Source of the DNA: an uncultured archaeon
GTDB lineage: Archaea > Asgardarchaeota > Thorarchaeia > Thorarchaeales > Thorarchaeaceae
Length of the DNA stretch: 32,000 nt
Direction: 5' to 3'
Assembly (NCBI GenBank): GCA_964354495.1
Contig: CAYHAA010000013.1
Coordinates: 58,681 to 90,680 of the forward strand
Shown: positions 1 to 9,304 of the stretch, in pieces
Layout of the letters: every line of letters starts with the position of its first letter
How positions within the stretch are numbered: position 1 is the stretch's first letter
Notes under the pieces: model-generated
What the model saw: the letters and a program-made list of their open reading frames with translations, nothing else
The model's database searches: none
Told to the model about the DNA's origin: nothing
Position numbers and translations under genes: made by a program

Positions 1-1399
1 TTCTGTTCAGCATCCACAGCATGTAGCCCACCGTGAGAAAGATACCAAAGGCAATCAGTGCCGACAGAGGGTATATCACAATAGATCCAAAGATGACCAG
101 TGCTTCTGCGATAAAGCCGCTAAAGCCAGGCAAACCAAAAGCCGCGAGTGTGGCGATTATGAACACTCCAGAAAGGCGCGGTGCTTTTGTCATAAGTCCC
201 TTGACATTAGGAATTTCCCTTGTCCCTGCACTGTATTTGAGCTGACCAGAAACAATGAACATCACGGAAATTATCGTCCCGTGAGAGAACATCATGAATA
301 TTGAACCCTGAACGGCCAAGTTTGCTGCAGCCTGAATTGCAGGATCTGCGGAGTTGTAACCAGCGGCATATGCAGCTACACCAAGCAAGACCCAAGCCAT
401 ATGATTGATCGAGGTGTACGCGACTAGGCTCTTCATGTCAGTCTGAGCCAGTGCAGTGAAAGCAGCATAGATGCACGTAAAAACAGCGGCAACTGCAAAA
501 GGAATGGCTAATCGTGCCATAGCCTCAGGTACCATCCACAAACCAAGACGGATGAATGCATACCCTCCCATCTTCAGCAGGATTCCAGCAAGAATGACAG
601 ATCCAGGTGTCGGAGCCTTCACATGTGCCCATGGAAGCCAGTTGTGAAGCGGAAAGACGGGCAATTTCACGCCTGCACCCACAAAGAGTGCAAGGGCAAA
701 TCCAATTTGAATGGTTGGATCAAGTCCAATGTTGCGTAGCGCGACCATATCGAAGGTAGGCACATGATTAACTGTGAAGCTGGAGGACATGAAGTAGAGA
801 TAGAAAAATCCCACCAACATCACAGCAGAGCCGAGGTGGGTGTAGATGAAGAACTTGATTGAGGCATGTCTGCTGCCTTCCTCACCCCACTTACCAATGA
901 TGAAGAACATGGGCACTAGAACAAGCTCCCAGAATATGAAGAATCCAATCAAATCGAATGAAACAAAGACTCCCAGCAGCCCTGTCTGCAGCAGAAGAAA
1001 CAGAGCATAGTACACATTTGCTGAATTCTTGATGTGATTCGACCCGATGGCCGCAATCCATACTACGAGGGTGGAGAGCAGGACCAAGACCATCGAGATA
1101 CCATCGACACCAAGGATGATCTCAAAGACTGGAGAATCTGTGGTTGTACCTAGTCGAGCTAAGATATAGCTCCAGGTGTGACTCAGACCGCCTGGAGCTG
1201 GACCTACTGATGGAGTGCCCAGCATCAGGAGTACGGAAAGACCCAGCTCTAGAGTTGTGATGGCCAGCGTGATGGCTCGCGCTCCCTTGTTTCCGAGGAG
1301 ATACGCTAGGAATGCGCCACCTAGAGGCATCACAAGCATTAGAACAAGGATGTTCAATGGAAGACCGTTGATTAGACCCGTGGCAAAGTCCAGCTGCAT
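1..1399 (-). CDS. nuoM: Complex I-like antiporter subunit NuoM, second copy; 3' end lies outside the window (absent from the ORF track)
   Basis: Manual translation from ATG at 1399, directly after the nuoL TAG: MQLDFATGLING...LGVDGISMVL...FFIFWELVLVPMFFIIGKWG...ASIKFFIYTHLGS...GVKLPVFPLHNWLPWAHVKAPTPGSVILAGILLKMGGY...GLPGFSGFIAE. These are NuoM motifs, not NuoN motifs. Confidence 0.93.
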   Translation of the reverse strand, partial: MQLDFATGLINGLPLNILVLMLVMPLGGAFLAYLLGNKGARAITLAITTLELGLSVLLMLGTPSVGPAPGGLSHTWSYILARLGTTTDSPVFEIILGVDGISMVLVLLSTLVVWIAAIGSNHIKNSANVYYALFLLLQTGLLGVFVSFDLIGFFIFWELVLVPMFFIIGKWGEEGSRHASIKFFIYTHLGSAVMLVGFFYLYFMSSSFTVNHVPTFDMVALRNIGLDPTIQIGFALALFVGAGVKLPVFPLHNWLPWAHVKAPTPGSVILAGILLKMGGYAFIRLGLWMVPEAMARLAIPFAVAAVFTCIYAAFTALAQTDMKSLVAYTSINHMAWVLLGVAAYAAGYNSADPAIQAAANLAVQGSIFMMFSHGTIISVMFIVSGQLKYSAGTREIPNVKGLMTKAPRLSGVFIIATLAAFGLPGFSGFIAEALVIFGSIVIYPLSALIAFGIFLTVGYMLWMLNR

Positions 1400-3601
1400 C
1401 TAGAGCACCCCCATTGTTAGAAGGCCGATGATTATCAAAAGGCCAATGCCAAAGATTACCACACTTACGTAGTCATTGATTCGCCCAGTCTGTGTTTCAA
1501 GACCTATTTCCGAGGCCTCTACGCTCTTTGTTGAAACCCCCTCTGCAAAACCATCAATGACATGGTCATCAAACCAGCGTATCTTTCTTGAAAGGGTCTG
1601 TGCAGTTCCGGCAGACTTGAAGTCAATCCCATCGATTACGGGTTCATCCACCTGGACTCGCCATACATCTGCGAAGCGAAGGAGCTTGTTTACGAACCAG
1701 TAGTAGGACTCATTGATATACCATCGATGCTTCAGGAAGTTGTACAGCTTCCGGCGGACGCCATTCTCTGGAATAACGGAGTTCGGTCTCTCTGCATTCC
1801 TTATGTAAATCCAATACGCTGGTACACCACCAAGAAGGAGAGCACCAATAGTGATTGCGAATGGGATTACTCCTGGTAGTGTGAACTTGACAACAATCAT
1901 CTCTGTGAGTATCTCGACGAACAGTTCCATCGTCATGGGGCCTTCAGAAAGGACGATTGCCTGAATGAATGGAAACACAAGGAATGCAATGATTGTGAAT
2001 CCTGCAAGAATATACAGCGGAACCATCATTGCAGGACCGGGGTCATGAGGACTGCTGTGATGCTCTTCATCATGGTGTTCCGGTTCTTTACCATGAAAGA
2101 CTATTCCCATCAGCCTTATGCTGTAGAAGATGGTACTAGCTGCTGCAAACACTGCAAGACCAAACAACAGAATACCAAATGAATATTCAACTGCAAGCTC
2201 GTAGGTGTACTCAATGATGGAGTCCTTTGACCAGAAACCAGACATCGGTGGAATCCCTGCAAGTGCGAGCACACCAATCAGCATGACCCGATAAGTCCGA
2301 GGCATGCTCATTTTCAGACCGCCCATGTTGGACATATACTTCGTATGGACAGCATGGATGACTCCGCCCGCAGCAAGGAAGAGAAGGGCTTTGAAGGCAC
2401 CATGGGACACAACATGAAGCACGCCACTGAGATACGCCTGATCATAATGACCGCTCACTGCGAGAATTCCACCTGTGCCAATTGCCAGAATCATGTAGCC
2501 AAGCTGACTCAGGGTTGAGAAAGCGAGGACCTGTTTGAGTTCGTTGGACACCATACCCATTGTTGCTGTCATAAAGGCTGTAATCGCTCCGACGGTTGCA
2601 ACGATGATGAAGAATGAGATGGCCATCTCGATGCCGAATGTCTGGAGTGCTGCGAAGCCCGACTCGGTACCAGTTTCATGAGCATGAGTCGCAGTAGCAT
2701 CCACAATGGTAACCAAGAAACGAGCGGTGATGTACACACCAGCCTTCACCATGGTCGCGGCATGAATCAGTGCAGAAACAGCTGTCGGGCCGCTCATCGC
2801 CTCGGGGAGCCACACCTGGAGGGGAACCTGACCAGATTTTCCTATTGCACCCGCAAAGATGAGTATGAGTGCTGGGAGCAGGAGACCCCAGTTGCCCATC
2901 GTACCCCACCAATTGTTGATATTACTGGCGAGGTCTGTGAATAGAAAGGATCCGGTGAACGTGAAGAGTAGGAGAATGCCGCCCAGCATGAGAGCGTCGC
3001 CAATCCTAGTGACGATGAAAGCCTTCGTGCCGCAGTGAGTGTTATACTCGCCTTCTGTCTCGAATTGGAGCAATGGATTGCTCTGTTCATAACCCGTGGG
3101 GTCTTTTTCCGGTCTATTCCGTTTGTCATTCCAGAAACCGATGAGACCATAGCTGCACAATCCCATGATCTCCCATCCGATGAAAGCAATCAGTAGGGAA
3201 CCGCTTAGGACAAGTGTCAGCATTCCCCCTCCGAACAGGAGCATCAGGAAGAAGAATCTGTTTCTATCGCCTTCATTCGCCATGTACTCAGTACTATACA
3301 CATAGATGAGGAAACACAGTGTACTTGATAGAATGGCCATAATGACCGAGAGCGGGTCTAGGAGCATCTCGAAGGGAACATAGAGACCTGGGATATTGAT
3401 CCACTCATAGTGTGGCATGTGCTCTATGCCTAGGTCCCAAAGAAGAGACCAACACAACACCATAGTCATTCCCATCAAGATAGATGGCGTCCAATCACGG
3501 AGTCTTACACTGAATCTTCCCACGAGTGGCACCAACAATGATCCAGCCAGAGGGATGACGAGGATTAGGTAATAGGGTAGACCAAGTAACATCTGACTCA
3601 C
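1400..3601 (-). CDS. nuoL: Complex I-like subunit NuoL, long form; probable start ATG 3592 after a GAGGTGA SD
   Basis: FIGWEIMGLCSYGLIGFW, KAFIVTRIGD, GKSGQVPLQVWLPEAMSGPTAVSALIHAATMVKAGVY, STLSQLGYM, HGAFKALLFL, GFWSKDSI, and a C-terminal lateral helix ending QTGRINDY plus a final TM helix. Confidence 0.96.
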   Translation of the reverse strand: MSQMLLGLPYYLILVIPLAGSLLVPLVGRFSVRLRDWTPSILMGMTMVLCWSLLWDLGIEHMPHYEWINIPGLYVPFEMLLDPLSVIMAILSSTLCFLIYVYSTEYMANEGDRNRFFFLMLLFGGGMLTLVLSGSLLIAFIGWEIMGLCSYGLIGFWNDKRNRPEKDPTGYEQSNPLLQFETEGEYNTHCGTKAFIVTRIGDALMLGGILLLFTFTGSFLFTDLASNINNWWGTMGNWGLLLPALILIFAGAIGKSGQVPLQVWLPEAMSGPTAVSALIHAATMVKAGVYITARFLVTIVDATATHAHETGTESGFAALQTFGIEMAISFFIIVATVGAITAFMTATMGMVSNELKQVLAFSTLSQLGYMILAIGTGGILAVSGHYDQAYLSGVLHVVSHGAFKALLFLAAGGVIHAVHTKYMSNMGGLKMSMPRTYRVMLIGVLALAGIPPMSGFWSKDSIIEYTYELAVEYSFGILLFGLAVFAAASTIFYSIRLMGIVFHGKEPEHHDEEHHSSPHDPGPAMMVPLYILAGFTIIAFLVFPFIQAIVLSEGPMTMELFVEILTEMIVVKFTLPGVIPFAITIGALLLGGVPAYWIYIRNAERPNSVIPENGVRRKLYNFLKHRWYINESYYWFVNKLLRFADVWRVQVDEPVIDGIDFKSAGTAQTLSRKIRWFDDHVIDGFAEGVSTKSVEASEIGLETQTGRINDYVSVVIFGIGLLIIIGLLTMGVL

Positions 3602-3602
3602 C

Positions 3603-5123
3603 TCATGGACCGAAAGCGTCTGTGAACGCCGGGACTATGACATCCAGTGCCAAGCTCGGGAATATTCCAAAGATTACAATGAGAATGCCAAGGATGACCA
3701 TCGGGATGGTCATTGATCGAGGACTCTCCTTCACGTCCGCAAGAGACTCGGGATGTGGACCCAAGAACACACGCCAGAAGAATCGCAACATATAGGCAGC
3801 ACTCAGAATCGAACTTGATGCTGCAATGATGGCTAGTAGCAGAAAACTCATATTGAGCTCCGCACCGGGGATTGGAATCGCCGCTTGGAAGCCTCCCAGG
3901 AACATCATCCATTCGCTTGCAAAACCTGAGAGGGGAGGACTGCCAGCGATGCTCATCATTCCTATCGCTGCCGCGAATGCAGTGATTGGCATCTTGTTGG
4001 AGAGACCACCCATCTTCTTGATATCGCGGAGACCTGTCTGATGGATGACAGCTCCAGCGACCATGAACAGCAGTCCCTTGGAGAATGCATGATTGATGAG
4101 ATGGAACATCCCACCAGACACTCCTGCAATTGTTGCAGTGCCCAGAGCAAAGAGTACGTATCCCATCTGCGAAACAGACGAATATGCAAGGAGCCTCTTG
4201 ATGTCCACCTGGGCGAGAGCCATGAAACCGCCGTAGAAGATTGTGATAACACCAAGTGTTGCTACGTAGAGAGCAAACTGACTTGCAACCACATCCAGAG
4301 TTAACGTGCCAAATCGCACGAGCGCGTAGGCGCCTGTCTCAATCATTGCACCGGATAGGAGAACTGAGATTGGAGTAGGTGCCTCTGCATGAACCGGTGG
4401 AAGCCACCAATGGATTGGGAATACTGCCATCTTGACCAAGAACCCGGCAGCAAGTAGTATGAAGATAATCTTGAAGATCAAGTCCCCAGTAGCTCCAATG
4501 TTCGCAAGTACAAAAGAACCACCACCGTTGGCGTACAGTAGTCCGAATCCAATAAGGATACACACTGCACCGGACTGGGTATAGAGCCAGAACTTGAGAG
4601 CTGTGCGCTTTCGAGTCTCTGGAAGTCCCCAGAATAGGATGAGGAAATAGCTGGGGACAAGCATGATTTCCCAGGCAATGAAGAATTCTATCAGGTTAGT
4701 TGCAAGCGTCACCCAAATCATGCCCATGATGAAGAACAACTGGTTGGCGAAGAAGGTCGGTTTGTTCTCCGTGTGTTCAGTGTATCCTACTGCATACACC
4801 ACTGATAGGAATCCGAGCACAACGACTGCGAGGGTGATGGGGAATGCTACGGGGTCAAGGAAGAGCCCGAACGGTTCCAGAAGCGTAGACCAGACGTATG
4901 TCTCCTCTGAGAAGCCTTCCGTCAAAAGCTCGTAGAAGGGCTGTATCATTAGAGCAGAGCCTACAAGAGAAACGCCAGTGGCAATCTTTCCCGCGCTATT
5001 ACCGATTCTGTCCTTGAAGACGTAGATGAGAAGTGCTCCTATGAACATGACAGCTAGAGAGAGTGCCATGAAGGGGAATTCAGAGAGGAAGGTCTGCATT
5101 ACCTGAACCTCCTTCCACGCCAC
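3603..5123 (-). CDS. nuoM: Complex I-like antiporter subunit NuoM, first copy; probable start ATG 5099 overlapping the nuoI TAA, after a GGAGGT SD
   Basis: FFIAWEIMLVPSYFLILFWG, ALKFWLYTQSG, FLVKMAVFPIHWWLPPVHAEAPT, KRLLAYSSVSQMGY, INHAFSKGLLF, PPLSGFASE. Confidence 0.92.
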   Translation of the reverse strand: MAWKEVQVMQTFLSEFPFMALSLAVMFIGALLIYVFKDRIGNSAGKIATGVSLVGSALMIQPFYELLTEGFSEETYVWSTLLEPFGLFLDPVAFPITLAVVVLGFLSVVYAVGYTEHTENKPTFFANQLFFIMGMIWVTLATNLIEFFIAWEIMLVPSYFLILFWGLPETRKRTALKFWLYTQSGAVCILIGFGLLYANGGGSFVLANIGATGDLIFKIIFILLAAGFLVKMAVFPIHWWLPPVHAEAPTPISVLLSGAMIETGAYALVRFGTLTLDVVASQFALYVATLGVITIFYGGFMALAQVDIKRLLAYSSVSQMGYVLFALGTATIAGVSGGMFHLINHAFSKGLLFMVAGAVIHQTGLRDIKKMGGLSNKMPITAFAAAIGMMSIAGSPPLSGFASEWMMFLGGFQAAIPIPGAELNMSFLLLAIIAASSSILSAAYMLRFFWRVFLGPHPESLADVKESPRSMTIPMVILGILIVIFGIFPSLALDVIVPAFTDAFGP

Positions 5124-5530
5124 TCTAACGGTTTCCTCTCTAGGGTTGTGATCTTATCGGGCCCGTAGATCAGGTCTCTTCTGTCGCCCTCACTAATGTC
5201 GACGACTGGAGTGTGGAATAGTGCATTGAATCGACAGGCCTCAACACAGTGCCCACAGAAGATGCAGCGAGTGTAGTCAAAGTAGAGGGCTGCATCTTTC
5301 TCGTACATTCTATCGTCCTTATCCATTCGTATCGCAACGACTGGACATGACCGAACACACTGCGCGCATGCTGTGCAATTCTGTCGGACATGGATGTGCC
5401 TTCCACGCGTCCTCTCTGGATAGATTCTGTCCTCAAATGGGTAGAAGTAGGTGAAGGGTCTCATGAAGACCTGCCTGAATGTGTGTTTCAGAATCTTGAA
5501 GATGTCACCCAGTACGCTGAAGAAACCCAT
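5099..5530 (-). CDS. nuoI: Complex I-like subunit NuoI, 2x[4Fe-4S]
   Basis: YPFEDRIYPERTRGRH, CTACAQCVRSCP, CIFCGHCVEAC; operon position. Confidence 0.95.
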   Translation of the reverse strand: MGFFSVLGDIFKILKHTFRQVFMRPFTYFYPFEDRIYPERTRGRHIHVRQNCTACAQCVRSCPVVAIRMDKDDRMYEKDAALYFDYTRCIFCGHCVEACRFNALFHTPVVDISEGDRRDLIYGPDKITTLERKPLEWRGRRFR

Positions 5531-5533
5531 TGT

Positions 5534-6700
5534 TTATGGACCTCCTAAGGGTAGCAATGCTGCCAGTCCAGGAAGATAGACTATCGCGAGCATTGCAAAT
5601 ATGACATTCAGTAGCGCAAGAGGAAGCAGATACCTCCAACAGTAGTGAACAATCTGATCTTGCCTAAGTCGTTGGAATGACGAACTGACAAGAACGAAGA
5701 AGAAGAAGGTGATGATGAACTTGATAATGAAGTTCACTGCACCAGGGAGGAAGGGCAGACCAACAGGCCCTCCCAAAAAGAGAGCGACGATTATTGCGGA
5801 GTAGAGCATCTGCTCTGCAAACTCTGCAAAGTAAGTGAGAGTGAAGTAGATACCAGTAAACTCAGTCCTCCAGCCAAAGATTATCTCAGAGTCTGCGACG
5901 GGTGCGTCAAAGGGGAACACACCAACTGATGCAATGGCGGCAATTAGGAATGTTGCAAGGTTAACAGGCAATACAACTGCAAACCAGACAGAAGTCTGTG
6001 CTTGGGCGATGCCCATGAGACTCAGAGAACCCGCAAGCATGGCAGGTCCGGCAGAAGAAACAATCATTGGAATCTCTGCAGCGAATTGATTGTTTGCCGC
6101 TCGGAATCCTCCTATGAGCGAGTACTTGCAGCCGCTGACCCAACCTGCAAGCAATGATACAACAGGAACCGCTGTCAGAAAGGCAAACACCAGGACAAGA
6201 CTCACAGAGAGGTCTGAAATATACCAGAAGTCAAAGTCCCAAGGTATGAAACAGAAAGGCAATAGTACAACCACAAGAAGGAGACAGGGTAGGAATCTGA
6301 ACATCCAGCGTTTTGCATTATCAGGGATGATAGTCTCCTTTGCTATGAGCTTGATAGCATCAGCAAACAACTGAAGTCCACCATACTTGCCGATATGAAG
6401 TGGTCCTCGTCGGTCCTGAATGCGACCCCAGAGTTTTCGTGTGAACCACACCGCCCATATGAGGGTGAGAACGACAAAGATGAGACCCGGAAACAAGACA
6501 GCTCGAAACAAGAACATGAAGTTCGCTGGTGAGAACACCATTGCCCAGAGCCATTCGACGATGCCCCAGGCCCAGTAGAAGACACCCAGGATGAGATTGA
6601 TTATCCATTGCAGTACGCCATAGATCCAATCGGGAATCCCCGCAAGCCAGGTAAAGAAATCGAACTGCAACATCACACCTCCATTCATCGGTCCCACCAT
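5534..6700 (-). CDS. nuoH: Complex I-like subunit NuoH; probable start ATG 6673 after a GGAGGTG SD
   Basis: RKLWGRIQDRRGP, GGLQLFADAIKLIAKE, PFDAPVADSEIIFGWRTEFTG, FQRLRQDQ; polytopic membrane protein. Confidence 0.95.
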   Translation of the reverse strand: MVGPMNGGVMLQFDFFTWLAGIPDWIYGVLQWIINLILGVFYWAWGIVEWLWAMVFSPANFMFLFRAVLFPGLIFVVLTLIWAVWFTRKLWGRIQDRRGPLHIGKYGGLQLFADAIKLIAKETIIPDNAKRWMFRFLPCLLLVVVLLPFCFIPWDFDFWYISDLSVSLVLVFAFLTAVPVVSLLAGWVSGCKYSLIGGFRAANNQFAAEIPMIVSSAGPAMLAGSLSLMGIAQAQTSVWFAVVLPVNLATFLIAAIASVGVFPFDAPVADSEIIFGWRTEFTGIYFTLTYFAEFAEQMLYSAIIVALFLGGPVGLPFLPGAVNFIIKFIITFFFFVLVSSSFQRLRQDQIVHYCWRYLLPLALLNVIFAMLAIVYLPGLAALLPLGGP

Positions 6701-7821
6701 CCAGGATACGGGTCCAAGCTTCCGAATATCACAATGAAGTCTGCAAACTTCGCGCCAGGGACTAAGTCCTTCAAGGCGTAGTAAGATGCAAAACAGGGTC
6801 CACGTATCTTTGCGCGATATGCACTCTGTGCCTTATCTTGAGTCTTGAGCCACAGTGATGTGATGCCTCGTGTTCCTTCTACGCGACCATATGCCTCTCC
6901 TGCAGGAAGTCTGTTCACTTTGGCACGAGCTTTGGGATCGATAATAGGACCTTCGGGTATCTGTGGTAATAGCTGCTTAATGATCTCTACAGAGGTCTCT
7001 GCCTCCTTGAATCTTTGCTCCATCCTGTCCAGAGCATCACTCTCTCCGGGATGATCTGGATTCTCAGTTATGGGTACTTCCCAATCACACATATTGTAGG
7101 CAAGATTCGGGTCGGGAGCATCTTTCCTGAGGTCCATAGGGATTCCGCATGCCTTAATCGGAGGCCCGCTCAGTCCCCATTTGAGACCCTGTCTTGCAGT
7201 GTATTGCCCTATGCCCTTGGTTCTCGCTCTGAAAGTAGGACTTCCCATCTGCATATCTCGGAACTTGGGCAGTCTGTCCTCAAACCTCTTGACGGCTCTA
7301 TTGATTTGTTTCAAGACCTTCTCATTAAAGTCGAACCTTGTTCCACCAGGAGTTGAGAACGATACAGTGTGTCGCGAACCTGTTAACTCTTCAAAGGCAT
7401 CAAGGGTATACTCTCGGTCGACCCAAGGCCAGAGAGCCATTGTAAAGAATCCAAGCTCTGCATTGAACTGTCCCCACCAGAATTGTATACTGTGCAGACG
7501 GGACAGCTCCATCATGATGGTCCTCATGACCTTCGCTCGTTCTGGCACCTCAAGCTCTGCAATCTTCTCAACTGCAGCAATAAAGGGATACTCAGCAAGA
7601 AATGCTTCAAGCATGCACATTCTTTCCATAACCAGGGATCCTTGCCTGAAGGTCCTGTACTCGAGGACCTTCTCTGCAGAACGGTGAAAGTACCCGGCAT
7701 TTGGGTCACATTTGACAATGTAGTCGCCGACCAAGGTCAGTTTTGTCGCCCATCCATGAGCAGAAACATGTTGGGGTCCGAACCAGACGTCTATGGCCTC
7801 ATCAAGAATGTTAGGGCTCAC
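6685..7821 (-). CDS. nuoD: Complex I-like subunit NuoD (no NiFe ligands)
   Basis: WFGPQHVSAHG, GYFHRSAEK, TGSRH...PGG, GEAYGRVEGTRG, YRAKIRGP, C-terminal SLDPYPGWWDR; neither hydrogenase CxxC pair is present. Confidence 0.93.
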   Translation of the reverse strand: MSPNILDEAIDVWFGPQHVSAHGWATKLTLVGDYIVKCDPNAGYFHRSAEKVLEYRTFRQGSLVMERMCMLEAFLAEYPFIAAVEKIAELEVPERAKVMRTIMMELSRLHSIQFWWGQFNAELGFFTMALWPWVDREYTLDAFEELTGSRHTVSFSTPGGTRFDFNEKVLKQINRAVKRFEDRLPKFRDMQMGSPTFRARTKGIGQYTARQGLKWGLSGPPIKACGIPMDLRKDAPDPNLAYNMCDWEVPITENPDHPGESDALDRMEQRFKEAETSVEIIKQLLPQIPEGPIIDPKARAKVNRLPAGEAYGRVEGTRGITSLWLKTQDKAQSAYRAKIRGPCFASYYALKDLVPGAKFADFIVIFGSLDPYPGWWDR

Positions 7822-8366
7822 TGGTCTGCCCCTCCGGTTTTTGTCGGTGTTTTTGGTGGAGTGAGGCCTGTTTTATCCAAGCGGCTTCTGTCTGTCTGGA
7901 ATCTCTTGCGAAGAGGAAATGCGCCCGCCAGTTCATCCGGCAGAAGGAGCAGTCGAGGATCAGGATGACTCTTGAATTCAATCCCGAACATCTCTCGTGT
8001 TTCACGTTCGTGCCATTCAAAGCCGGGGAAGATGTCGCAGGTACTCTCGATCTCAGGTCTCTCCCCTTCCAGCGACACTCTTAGCTGAAGCAGCATCCGA
8101 TTTGAGTGAGACCAAATGATGTAGATGAGCTCGTATTTGTCGTTTTCAAGGTCGATTCCAAAGAGTGACTCAGGAAGAGCATCATGCACTTCTTCATCAA
8201 TCATCGTCACGACCTGTCGAATCTTATTGGCAGGCACCAGGAGCTCGACCTGATTCGCGCCTAAAAGCCTTGAATTAACATCAGGATGCTTGTTGATGAG
8301 TTTTCTCGCGAGCGTTGAAGCATCAATGGTGGAGGGTTGCGACAATTCATCATCCCTCCATCTCAA
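7818..8366 (-). CDS. nuoC: Complex I-like subunit NuoC; probable start TTG 8345 after a GGAGGG SD
   Basis: IFPGFEWHERETREMFGIEFKSHPDPRLLLLP...FPLRKRF; stop overlaps the nuoD GTG start. Confidence 0.94.
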   Translation of the reverse strand: MRWRDDELSQPSTIDASTLARKLINKHPDVNSRLLGANQVELLVPANKIRQVVTMIDEEVHDALPESLFGIDLENDKYELIYIIWSHSNRMLLQLRVSLEGERPEIESTCDIFPGFEWHERETREMFGIEFKSHPDPRLLLLPDELAGAFPLRKRFQTDRSRLDKTGLTPPKTPTKTGGADQ

Positions 8367-8658
8367 TTGGCTTGCCTAAGTCAACCGAATGATATCGACG
8401 GTTATACATCAACATCAGGACCAGTGCAAGTGCAGTATGTGCAGCAGAGACAGAGATGACAAGCATGATTAGACCCTGACCAGTGAAGTTGAATATCGGA
8501 TTGTAAAGAGAGATGGCAACAAGGGCGATATTCGCTCCATTGGCCATTATCTCAGCACCTATCAGGATTCTAATGAGGTTCCTCTTCACCATCATCCCGT
8601 ATCCACCCAAACCTATCATCATAAAGGAGAGAACCAAATACCAAGTGAGCGGGATCAT
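8350..8658 (-). CDS. nuoK: Complex I-like subunit NuoK
   Basis: 102 aa, 3 TM helices; KRNLIRILIGAEIMANGANIALVA, GQGLIMLVISVSAA. Confidence 0.93.
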   Translation of the reverse strand: MIPLTWYLVLSFMMIGLGGYGMMVKRNLIRILIGAEIMANGANIALVAISLYNPIFNFTGQGLIMLVISVSAAHTALALVLMLMYNRRYHSVDLGKPIEMEG

Positions 8659-9302
8659 CAGGCATCAACCTCCTTTGATTCATCGATAGTTCGCACATCG
8701 TCAACGATGGTTCCCTCACCTTCGGTAGAGCCTGCCTCTCCTCCTGAAGCTCCAATAACAACTCCGAGTTGTTCGGCCTTGTCGATTTTCAGAAGAGCGA
8801 TTGCACCCACAAGAGCTGTGAGGATGATCAGGGCGACCATCTGCACGTAGATACCATTCTCGAACCACAACCAGCGCGCAAGTTCATTCAGATTTTGCGA
8901 GATACTGACGAATGCCTCGTTGAACGACTCAGCCCATGGGAAGATAATCGCAAGAAAGCCAGTAAGTACTGTTACAACTGCTGAAATGAGAAGACCAATA
9001 TGACGAACTCTAGGGGACGCGAATTTCTCTAGAGTCGAGTCTTGGGCTCTTGGTAATATGAGAACTGCAAAGATAATCAAAGCGCTGATTCCGCCGGTGT
9101 ACACGGCAATCTGCATTCCAGCAATGAAGGGCGCTTCAAGGAGAAGGAAGAAACCAGCAACAAAGGATGCCATAAAACCAAAGAAGAATGCGGCATAGAC
9201 AATCTCCTTATGCTCCAAGGCCAAATATGCAAGCACGAGGACCATGCCTGCCAAGATTAGGAACTCGATCTGCTCAAGCAATGCAGGATCAAAACCTTGC
9301 AT
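8658..9302 (-). CDS. nuoJ: Complex I-like subunit NuoJ
   Basis: IVYAAFF, LLLEAPFIAGMQIAVYTGGI, ILTALVGAIALL. Confidence 0.93.
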   Translation of the reverse strand: MQGFDPALLEQIEFLILAGMVLVLAYLALEHKEIVYAAFFFGFMASFVAGFFLLLEAPFIAGMQIAVYTGGISALIIFAVLILPRAQDSTLEKFASPRVRHIGLLISAVVTVLTGFLAIIFPWAESFNEAFVSISQNLNELARWLWFENGIYVQMVALIILTALVGAIALLKIDKAEQLGVVIGASGGEAGSTEGEGTIVDDVRTIDESKEVDA

Positions 9303-9304
9303 CT

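Noticed and set aside
1-1399. Calling the truncated gene nuoN
   Set aside because: The motifs (WELVLVPMFFIIGKWG, KFFIYT, HVKAPT.GSVILAGILLKMGGY) are NuoM-type; NuoN motifs (ALKYF, PDVYQGAP) are absent.
6685-7821. Group 4 [NiFe]-hydrogenase large subunit (Ech/Mbh/Hyc)
   Set aside because: L1 is RMCMLE (one Cys) and the C-terminus is DPYPGWWDR (no Cys), so there are no NiFe ligands; no maturation genes are nearby.
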